Origin: Edaphobacter sp.
Lineage (GTDB): Bacteria; Acidobacteriota; Terriglobia; Terriglobales; Acidobacteriaceae
Direction of reading: 5' to 3'
NCBI GenBank assembly: GCA_965277335.1
Contig: CBDICJ010000007.1
Coordinates: 155,780 to 219,779 of the forward strand
Length of the DNA stretch: 64,000 bases
How positions within the stretch are numbered: the stretch's first letter is position 1; each line of letters begins with the position of its first letter. Positions 18,151 to 25,572 of this stretch are shown piece by piece. The notes under the pieces were generated by a model that did not search any database, had not been told where the DNA came from, and worked only from the letters and a program-made list of their open reading frames with translations. The position numbers were made by a program, and so were the translations under genes.

Positions 18151-19442
18151 CATGACATTCTTTACAGGTTGTTATCAGGAGATCCTTTCCATGTCGGGTT
18201 TGTCGACGTGGAGGTTGGGATGTCGTGGAGGGCGATGGGGGTGCGAGATCAACGGGTTGAGTTTGTGATTCGGGTGAGCCGGGGCGAGTCGATTTCGGCT
18301 TTGCCGGGAGTACGGCATCTCTCGTCCGACGGGTCATTTGTAGGTGCGACGGTTTCGCGAGGGCGGTGTGGAGGGTATGGAAGAACGCAGCCGCCGTCCC
18401 TGGACCAGTCCTGGGCAGACTTCCTCTGAGATCGAAGCGCGGATCGTGGCATGGCGCCGGCAGCGGCCCGACTGGGGAGCACGGAAGCTGGCGGTCCTGC
18501 TGGAACGAGAGGGCAAGAAGCTGCCTGTGATCACCGTGCATCGGGTCTTGCTGCGGCACGGCCTGGTGTTGCCGCACGACCGTAGACGCACGGCAACGCA
18601 GCGTTTCGAGCGGGAGCGCCCGAACGAAAGCTGGCAGATGGACTTCAAGGGGCCCAAGGAGTGCAAGGCGGCGGTCGGGCCGTTGTCGGTGCTCGACGAC
18701 CACAGCCGCTATCTGGTGGCGCTGGAGCAGACCGGTTCGACCCGCGGACAGGCGGTGCGCGAACAGCTGGAAGCTATCTTCTCGGCCAACGGCGTGCCCG
18801 AAGCGATGCTGATGGACCACGGTGTGCCATGGTGGAACGCGCAAGCGCCCAGCGGCTGGACCAGGCTCCTGGTCTGGCTGATGAAGCAGGGCATCGGCTG
18901 CCATTTTTCCGGCTACCGGCATCCGCAGATCGGGGTCCCCGCGGACAGGTCTTGGTCCGTGGGGTGGAGACCCAGGGCAAGGTGGAGCGATTTCATGGCG
19001 CGCTGGAACGGGCACGCTGCCGCCGCCCCGGCCAGCAGCCATGGCTGGCGCAGAGTTGGCTCGATGAGTTCCGCCACGAGTACAACCAGGTTCGACCGCA
19101 TCAGGCCCTCGCCATGCGCACGCCGGCTTCGCTCTGGCAGCCGAGCCCGCGCAGGTACGATCCCAACCCGCCCGAGTGGGAGTATGAACCGGGAGCCGAG
19201 GTCCGGCGACTCAGCGTGGACGGAGACCTCTACCTCGAAAGCCGGCGATGGACGATCAGTCTCGCCCTGGCCTCGGAGCCGGTCGAGCTCAAGCGCCTCG
19301 ACCAGCGCATCCTGGTCTATTACTGCCGCACTCTAGTCCGCGAAATCAGCCTCTGTGCCCAGCGCTCCACTGCAGTGGAGCGCTGGGCACAGCCTCCTGC
19401 CTGTAAAGAATGTCCTGATAACGATGTGTAAAGCATGTCATG
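18151..19442 (+). mobile_element. IS481-family insertion sequence (decayed)
   Basis: ~30-bp imperfect terminal inverted repeats (CATGACATTCTTTACAGGTTGTTATCAGGA vs revcomp CATGACATGCTTTACACATCGTTATCAGGA, 25/30) bracket a DDE transposase reading frame. Confidence 0.8.
18220..19431 (+). pseudogene. IS481-family DDE transposase, disrupted
   Basis: N-terminal HTH MSWRAMGVRDQRVEFV...CREYGISRPTG..RRFREGGVEGMEERSRRP, then WQMDFKG...LDDHSRY...HPQ/TQGKVERFH. Lesions: frameshift near 18300, in-frame TAG at 18341-18343, and a 41-nt insertion (18929-18969) splitting HPQ|TQGKVERFH. Confidence 0.8.
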
Positions 19443-19520
19443 GAACTTGACACAAAAGCACTCGCCGGGGACCCCGGTGGCTTCGGTCGAGATGACGATT
19501 TTAAGGAGCTGTTAGACAGG
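19443..19520. repeat. Module D, right arm of the palindrome interrupted by the IS
   Basis: GAACTTGACACAAAAGCACTCGCCGGGGACCCCGGTGGCTTCGGTCGAGATGACGATTTTAAGGAGCTGTTAGACAGG. Confidence 0.85.
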
Positions 19521-19586
19521 TTCGAAGAATCGAGATATGGGAACGCGGATTTGTTCCGAGGCTTGGTCGCGGCCGATCGGGCTGGA

Positions 19587-19973
19587 TCAGCGGCGGGTGT
19601 AGAGCCAGGCCCAGTAGATGAGGGGGAGTTGCAGGGGAATTCTGAGCCAGAGTGCCCAAAGTGGGATGGAGGCGAATCTGGTGTGGTCGACGACCATGTT
19701 GAGGTTGGCCGGCAGGACGGCGATCAGGAGCGTCATAAGACCCCAGGCGGCGGCGTGACGGGTGAGCGGCAGGAGGAGCCCAAGACCTCCGAAGATCTCC
19801 GCGATGCCGCTGAGGTAGACCAGCGTGAGTGGCGCGGGGAGAGCGAGAGGCATGATTTTTACGTAGGCCTGGGGGATGAGGAAGTGCAGGCTGCCGGCAA
19901 TAACGAAGAGGATGGCCAGGAGGGTGCGTCCGATCATGCTGGGGGCCTGCTCTCTTGCGGCTTTATGAGACAT
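19587..19973 (-). CDS. DoxX-like family small membrane protein
   Basis: 128 aa with four predicted TM helices. FVIAGSLHF...YLSGIAEIFGGLGLLLP...LLIAVLPANLNM resembles DoxX-like proteins. Confidence 0.6.
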   Translation of the reverse strand: MSHKAAREQAPSMIGRTLLAILFVIAGSLHFLIPQAYVKIMPLALPAPLTLVYLSGIAEIFGGLGLLLPLTRHAAAWGLMTLLIAVLPANLNMVVDHTRFASIPLWALWLRIPLQLPLIYWAWLYTRR

Positions 19974-20012
19974 GCATGACCGTACTCAACGGCAGGGAGT
20001 AGAAAGCCAAAA

Positions 20013-20125
20013 GGAGGAAGCAACAGTAATCGCGCTTGCGGAATGCGGGGATCTCTCCACTGCGCGCCAGACGATGAAACCGTCTGGCGCTTCGGTCGAG
20101 ATCACGAATTTTGTGTAGGTCGAGG
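20013..20125. repeat. Repeat module B, copy B2
   Basis: ..GCAACAG..GCGGAATGCGGGGATCTCTCCACTGCGC + hairpin GCGCCAGACG-ATGAAA-CCGTCTGGCGC + TTCGGTCGAGATCACG. Confidence 0.85.
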
Positions 20126-20233
20126 ACGGGAAGACAGTGGCAAAAGACGAAGGGTACAAGGACGGGCGGCGGGATGATCCCGCCGCCCGTTTTAAGAACC
20201 TGTCCAAATACTCCATAGGAGGTTTGCGAAACC

Positions 20234-20346
20234 AAAAACAAGCAACAGCAAAGACGAAATACGGGGATCTCTCCACTGCGCCGTGCGATAAAACCACACG
20301 GCTTCGGTCGAGATGACGGCTTCTTTTGAGTTTCTGGACAGGTTCT
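20234..20346. repeat. Repeat module B, copy B3
   Basis: AACAAGCAACAGCAAAGACGAAATACGGGGATCTCTCCACTGCGCCGTGCGATAAAACCACACGGCTTCGGTCGAGATGACGGCTTCTTTTGAGTTTCTGGACAGGTTC. Confidence 0.85.
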
Positions 20347-20364
20347 AAGAACGCTGCCGAGATA

Positions 20365-20829
20365 CTACTTTGCGGCGAGGGCGTCGCGGTGGCTCTTCAC
20401 GAAGTCGTGTGAGGTGAGAACGTGGGCCTGCTGCTCGGCGATGAGTTGGCGGACGGGCAGGGGGAGTTCCTGGTGGAGAGCGTCGGCGTAGGCCTTCTTG
20501 GCTTCGTCTTCGCCCTGTTCCGCGGTTTCGAGCAGGGTGTGGTCGCCTCCGCCGAGTTTGGCCTTGAGGTCGCCCCAGACGCGGTGGAGTGCTCCGGCGG
20601 TGGTGCCGGACTCCTTGATGTCGTGGACTCCGTTCTGATGCAGGACCTCTTCGAGGTCGCCGCGGAAGCTGGCGCGCTTAAGGGATTCGGCGAGGAAGTA
20701 TCGCTTCAGAGTTTCGTCCTTGAGATGTTCGCCGATGTCGGAGAAGCCTTTCTGGCTGTCCAGAAGGGTGCTGATGAGGGAGTCGAGCGCGCGCTGCATC
20801 TCGTGCTGTTTACCTGAATCTGTCGGCAT
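20365..20829 (-). CDS. PA2169/DUF2383 family four-helix-bundle (ferritin-like) protein
   Basis: LISTLLDSQKGFSDIGEHLKD...HRVWGDLKA...LLETAEQGEDEAKKAYADAL is the characteristic family pattern. Start trimmed to MPTDSGKQ (ATG 20829, GAGG 7 nt upstream). The 463-aa ORF extension is antisense to ftsK. Confidence 0.8.
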   Translation of the reverse strand: MPTDSGKQHEMQRALDSLISTLLDSQKGFSDIGEHLKDETLKRYFLAESLKRASFRGDLEEVLHQNGVHDIKESGTTAGALHRVWGDLKAKLGGGDHTLLETAEQGEDEAKKAYADALHQELPLPVRQLIAEQQAHVLTSHDFVKSHRDALAAK

Positions 20830-21222
20830 TGAAACCTCGTTCGTGTTGGATGGTGGTGCGTAGGGTGAATGGTGGTGCGTACGGTTGGGGCAGGGTCCGT
20901 CGGCTGTCGAGCGATTCTCCTCCGCCGACGGCAAGCAGGAGAAATCGCGAAAATCCCGCGCCCCTGCCAACCGGTTATAAGGACCGCGGGAAGAATTTAC
21001 CCCGGCGGCATCTATGGGTGAGTAGATGCGGAGAATGCGCGCGGGTTTGTATTCGGGTACCCCGCGGGCAGGTTTTCCCGATTTCCTCTCGGTGGTGGTT
21101 TGGGGTCTGGGATAATCGGAGGTGCTCTGGAGGTTCGCGGATTCGATGACGCCCTGGCTGGGGGAGCCTGTCCGCGCCGGGGGAATCGGGTCCGCGCGTC
21201 CCCCCTCTAGGAAGGTTCCCCA

Positions 21223-23922
21223 ATGAAAAGTTTGAGACTGGTTTCGAGCCCGACGCGCAACCGCCGCCTGAACGAGATTCTGGGAATGGTGGTGCTGGTG
21301 GGCGCGGGATTGCTGCTGCTGGCGCTGGCCAGCTATACGCCTACGGATCCTTCGTTCAACACGGTGGGGCAGTATGTGACGGGGCGGCCGGCGCGCAACT
21401 GGACGGGGATGGTGGGCGCGTATGCCGCCGATGGGGTGCTGCAGACGATTGGAATGGCGGCGTTTTTCCTGCCGCTGGTGCTGGGACGGCTGGGGGTGTG
21501 CTGGATGCGGTCGCGGCCGGCGGGTTCGCCGCTGGCGAAGACGGTGGGGATGGGGATGTGGGTGGTGTTTGCGCCGGCGGCGATTGCGCTGCTGCCGGGG
21601 GCGCTGCTGTGGCGGCACGCGCTGCCGATTGAAGGCGCGACGGGAAGGCTGCTGGCGGATCTGCTGGTCGAGTATCTGAATCCGCCGGGCGCGGCGGTGG
21701 TGCTGACGCTGATGGTGGCCGTCTCGCTGTACCTGGCGACGACGTTCACGTTCCATACAGCGCGGGAGTGGGCGACGGCGCGGTTCGGGTTTGTGGCGCG
21801 GCTGTGGGATTGGTGGATGCGGCGCAGGATGCAGCGGGCGGGCGCGCAGACGGTGTTGGAAGAGTATGGCAGCAAGCGGGAGCAGGCGGAGGCTCGGGCT
21901 CGCAGGGCGCGGGAGATGGCGGAGGAGGCGGAGAGGAAGCGGCTGGAGCCGGAGAGCACAACGCTGCTGAGCGGGCTGTTCGGCTGGCTGAGCCGGAAGC
22001 GGCGGGTGGAGGCGATCTCGATTGCGCCGGAGGAGGCGGCGGCGGCGGGACAGCAGAGTTCGATCTTCCAGGCGATGCCGCGGACGCTGGTGGATGCTCC
22101 GCCGGTGACGGCGTTCGGGACCGCGGTTGCAGCGGCGGCTCCGTTTGCGGAGGTGCTGGCGAAGGCGGCGGCGCCGGTGCAGACGGTGGAGGAGGCGTCG
22201 AACTTTGGCCAGGGTTTTCCGTTCGGAGAGGATGCGGGACCGAGGCGACAGGAACTACCGGGACGGCGCGAGGCTGCGACGGCGAATGCTCCCGCTCCGG
22301 CAAGGGTGGCGAACAAGGTGGTGGAGGAGGCGAGAGTGCCGTTTGCGCCTGGCCCGGCCGCAGCGGCTGCGATGGCGGCGGCGGACGGTATCGCGTTCGG
22401 CAGGCGGGCGGATGCGGATATCAAGCCGGTGACGATCGTGCCGAAGAGCGTGCGGGGATACAAGCTGCCGCCGTCTTCCCTGCTGTATCGCAGCGAGGAG
22501 CACGCCGTGGTTCGGGAGGACGCGCTGCGGGAAGAGGCGCGCATTCTGGTGCAGAAGTCGGCGGAGTTCGGCGTCGATGGGCAGGTGACGCAGATCAATC
22601 CGGGGCCGGTGGTGACGACCTTCGAGTTCAAGCCTGAGGCGGGGGTGAAGGTGGCGCGGATTACCGGCCTCGCGGACGATCTTTGCCTGGCGATGGCGGC
22701 GGAGTCGATCCTGATCGAGCGCATGCCGGGCAAGAGCACGGTGGGAATTCAGGTGCCGAACCATGAGCGCGAGACGATCTGGCTGCGGGACGTGGTGGAG
22801 TGCGAGAGCTTCGCGCAGTCCAAGAGCAGGCTGGCGATTGCGCTGGGCAAAGACATCAATGGGCGGATCGTGACGGCGGATCTGGCAGCCATGCCGCATG
22901 TGCTGATCGCGGGTTCGACAGGTTCGGGCAAGTCGGTCGCGATCAACGCAATGATTATGAGCGTGCTGTTCAAGTCGACGCCGGAGCAGGTGCGGATGAT
23001 CCTGGTCGATCCGAAGCGGGTGGAGCTGGGAATGTATGAGGGCATTCCGCATCTGTTTACGCCGATCATCACCGAGGCGAAGCTGGCGGCCAATGCGCTG
23101 CGCAATGCGGTTCGGGAGATGGAACGGCGACTGAAGCTGCTGGCGGCGAACCATGTGCGGAATATCGACCAGTTCAACAAGCTGTTCGACCATGGCAGCG
23201 AGTATCTGTTCGAGGATGTGAACCAGGAGCCGCTGCCGTACATCATCATCATCATCGACGAGCTGGCAGACCTGATGATGCTCGACCGGGCGAATGTGGA
23301 GGAGTCGATCACGCGGCTGGCGCAGATGGCGCGGGCGGTGGGGATCCACCTGGTGCTGGCGACGCAGCGGCCTTCGGTGGATGTGATTACGGGGTTGATC
23401 AAGGCGAATGTGCCGACGCGGATGAGCTTTCGGCTGGCGACGAAGGTGGACTCACGGACGATTATCGATTCAAACGGCGCGGAGAGCCTGCTGGGGCGCG
23501 GGGACATGCTGTATCTGCCGCCGGGGACGAGCCGGGTGCAGCGGGTGCATGCTCCGTTTGTGACCGAGAAGGAGATCTCGGCGGTGACGGAGTTCTGGAA
23601 GGCGCAGGGCGAGGCGGAGTATGTGCATGGCTTCCTGGAAGGGCCGAAGGAAGATACGGGCAAGGATGGAGATGGCGGCGGGGGCGAAGGCGAAGACAAT
23701 AACGATCCGATGTATGACGATGCGGTGCGACTGGTGTTCGAGTTCGGCAAGGCGAGTACTTCGCTCTTGCAGCGGCGGCTGCGGATTGGGTATGGGCGGG
23801 CGGCTCACCTGGTCGACATGATGTACAACGATGGGCTAGTGGGGCCGGCGGATGGATCGAAGCCGCGGGAGATTTTGAAGTCGCCGAACTGGATCAGCGA
23901 GGTGGATGCGGCGATTCGGTGA
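21223..23922 (+). CDS. ftsK: DNA translocase FtsK
   Basis: N-terminal TM domain, Ala/Pro-rich linker, motor domain with Walker A IAGSTGSGKS, IIIDELADLMM, and a C-terminal gamma winged-helix (ASTSLLQRRLRIGYGRAAHLVD). Confidence 0.95.
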   Translation: MKSLRLVSSPTRNRRLNEILGMVVLVGAGLLLLALASYTPTDPSFNTVGQYVTGRPARNWTGMVGAYAADGVLQTIGMAAFFLPLVLGRLGVCWMRSRPAGSPLAKTVGMGMWVVFAPAAIALLPGALLWRHALPIEGATGRLLADLLVEYLNPPGAAVVLTLMVAVSLYLATTFTFHTAREWATARFGFVARLWDWWMRRRMQRAGAQTVLEEYGSKREQAEARARRAREMAEEAERKRLEPESTTLLSGLFGWLSRKRRVEAISIAPEEAAAAGQQSSIFQAMPRTLVDAPPVTAFGTAVAAAAPFAEVLAKAAAPVQTVEEASNFGQGFPFGEDAGPRRQELPGRREAATANAPAPARVANKVVEEARVPFAPGPAAAAAMAAADGIAFGRRADADIKPVTIVPKSVRGYKLPPSSLLYRSEEHAVVREDALREEARILVQKSAEFGVDGQVTQINPGPVVTTFEFKPEAGVKVARITGLADDLCLAMAAESILIERMPGKSTVGIQVPNHERETIWLRDVVECESFAQSKSRLAIALGKDINGRIVTADLAAMPHVLIAGSTGSGKSVAINAMIMSVLFKSTPEQVRMILVDPKRVELGMYEGIPHLFTPIITEAKLAANALRNAVREMERRLKLLAANHVRNIDQFNKLFDHGSEYLFEDVNQEPLPYIIIIIDELADLMMLDRANVEESITRLAQMARAVGIHLVLATQRPSVDVITGLIKANVPTRMSFRLATKVDSRTIIDSNGAESLLGRGDMLYLPPGTSRVQRVHAPFVTEKEISAVTEFWKAQGEAEYVHGFLEGPKEDTGKDGDGGGGEGEDNNDPMYDDAVRLVFEFGKASTSLLQRRLRIGYGRAAHLVDMMYNDGLVGPADGSKPREILKSPNWISEVDAAIR

Positions 23923-23972
23923 TCCAGTTGTCAGTTCTCAGTTCGCAGTGGTCAGCCAAGGCATGACAGACG

Positions 23973-25349
23973 TTAGTGGTGCTGGATTATTTTGGAGGAG
24001 CGGATCGCGATGGCGGCGAGGAGGCAGAGGACGGCCAGGAGGGCGAGCCAGAGGAGGCGGGGGTGGCGTTCGGTGAGGGGGCGGTTGTCGGGTGGAATGC
24101 GGTATGCGGGGTTGAGCTGCTCGGGGCCTAGCTGGGCGGTGTGAAGGGTGGGGGAGGGGGTCCAGAGGCGGGCGTAGTCGTATTGGGGGGCGTTTAATTC
24201 TGGGTCGCCGTAGAAGAGGGTGATGGGGGATGGGGAGGAGGGGGTGAAGCAGAGTTTGCGCTGGCGCATTTCGAGGCGGATGGCGGTGAGGGGGAGCGGG
24301 GTGTCGTCTCCGTTGTCGATTGTAACTTCCACTGTGGCAGGGGTTTGCATGTTGGAGCCAAGGGTGGCGGGGAGGCTGAGCTGCTGCTCGCGGAGGTCGC
24401 GGCCGGCTTGGAGGAGGTGGACGCGGGAGATGGTTCCGGAGAGGATTTCGCTCGCATCGGGGTCTAAATCGGTGAAATTCGACCGTGCCAGAGCGTCCTT
24501 TGGCTGCATTCTGTCCGCGTCGGATGCAGTATTCGGGGCGGTATTCGGGGCGGTATTCGGGGCGGTATTCGGGTGGTCGGCGATGTGAACGTCGCGGCTG
24601 AAGTTGGATTTGAAGGCGGGGGCGAGATCGAAAGAGACGCGCTCGATGGGGATGCGCTCGGGGAGGTGGAAGGAGGCGAGGGTCTGGCGGTTGCGCTGGG
24701 TGAAGGAGGTGGCCGTGGCGGCGGTGGTGTAGAGGGACTGGGCGTCGCGGCTGGGCGGAACGGTGACGCCCTGGAGCATCTTCAGGAGGACCTGCGGGGT
24801 GGGGGCGGGGGTCCCGGGCGTGGGGGAGAGGGCGAGTTCGATGTGGAGGTAGGGGAGGTCGGTCTCCTGGAGGGGGAGGGTGGTGGTGCGGGAGAGGTGC
24901 TGTGCGGTGAGGTCGAAGAGGGTGTAGGCGCCGAGGCTGGTCTGGTGGGTGTAGCTGGGGTCGCGGGTGCCGGAGACGGTGGCGGTGGCGAGGAAGTTGT
25001 GGGCGGCAAGGTCGAGGACGACGTCGGTGTAGGGGCGGTGAGGCATCTCGAGGTCGAAGACTAGGTCGCGGTGACGGAGGCCGAGATTGCGGATTTGGGC
25101 GGGGTCGCTGTCGGGCTGCTGGGGTTCGCTGAGGGTGATGACGTAGGGGATTTCGATTGCGTCCTGGAAGAGGCGGAGGTCTCGGAGGGAGGGGCCGGCG
25201 TGGGGGAAGAGGGCGGGGTCGAGGATGGCGCAGGTTTGGCTTGGGTGGGCGGGGGGGATGATGGTTCGCTGGTAGCGGAAGTTCGGGTGAGTGGGCTGCG
25301 GGGGTGGCGCGGCTTGCCAGAGGAGGAGCGCGAGGAGGGCGGACTTCAC
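23973..25349 (-). CDS. DUF3999-like secreted protein with C-terminal TM anchor
   Basis: 458 aa with a signal peptide and a C-terminal hydrophobic anchor (LWLALLAVLCLLAAIAI). Size, architecture and position downstream of a DUF2339 gene fit DUF3999. The family assignment is from memory, not from a search. Confidence 0.5.
   Translation of the reverse strand: MKSALLALLLWQAAPPPQPTHPNFRYQRTIIPPAHPSQTCAILDPALFPHAGPSLRDLRLFQDAIEIPYVITLSEPQQPDSDPAQIRNLGLRHRDLVFDLEMPHRPYTDVVLDLAAHNFLATATVSGTRDPSYTHQTSLGAYTLFDLTAQHLSRTTTLPLQETDLPYLHIELALSPTPGTPAPTPQVLLKMLQGVTVPPSRDAQSLYTTAATATSFTQRNRQTLASFHLPERIPIERVSFDLAPAFKSNFSRDVHIADHPNTAPNTAPNTAPNTASDADRMQPKDALARSNFTDLDPDASEILSGTISRVHLLQAGRDLREQQLSLPATLGSNMQTPATVEVTIDNGDDTPLPLTAIRLEMRQRKLCFTPSSPSPITLFYGDPELNAPQYDYARLWTPSPTLHTAQLGPEQLNPAYRIPPDNRPLTERHPRLLWLALLAVLCLLAAIAIRSSKIIQHH
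24529..24576. repeat. In-frame 12-nt tandem repeat (x4) inside the DUF3999-like gene
   Basis: GTATTCGGGGCG x3 plus a degenerate fourth unit. Encodes NTAPNTAPNTAPNTA on the minus strand. Confidence 0.9.
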
Positions 25350-25380
25350 GGGTTGGCTCCTTCTTCGTGTTCTATTTTAT

Positions 25381-25571
25381 GTCCTGCCGGACGAGCCCGC
25401 TGCGCGCGGGGCGGTCACTTCGTGACGCGTATACCGGTCTGGGCAGGATGAGCTGCATAGGTCCTCCCGTTGGTCGGAAGGGAAATCCTGATCCCGACCA
25501 ACGGGAGGGCCAACCGAAGGGGTATACGCGTCACGAAGTGACCTCCGCGCAGGAGGCCCGTCCGGCAGGAC
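25381..25571. repeat. Repeat module A, copy A2 (complete, 191 bp nested palindrome)
   Basis: Outer arms GTCCTGCCGGACG.GCCCGCTGCGCGCGGGGCGGTCACTTCGTGACGCGTATACC / GGTATACGCGTCACGAAGTGACC..CGCGCAGGAGGCCCGTCCGGCAGGAC. Inner hairpin CCTCCCGTTGGTCGG..CCGACCAACGGGAGG. Confidence 0.9.
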
Positions 25572-25572
25572 A

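Noticed and set aside
18077-19042. 321-aa minus-strand ORF across the IS element
   Set aside because: It is antisense to the IS481-family transposase frames. Its N-terminus is translated repeat module D, and no domain is recognisable.
20830-21756. 5' two-thirds of the 463-aa ORF 20365-21756 (minus)
   Set aside because: It is Arg/Pro/His/Gln-rich low-complexity sequence antisense to ftsK and its leader. The recognisable PA2169-family protein starts at the ATG at 20829, which has a GAGG ribosome-binding site.
21333-23750. Several long ORFs overlapping ftsK (21333-22739, 21746-22303, 21768-22637, 22255-23349, 22749-23750)
   Set aside because: These are antisense or off-frame ORFs typical of high-GC DNA. 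They have Ala/Arg/Pro/Ser-rich composition and no motifs, whereas the plus-strand frame is unmistakably FtsK.
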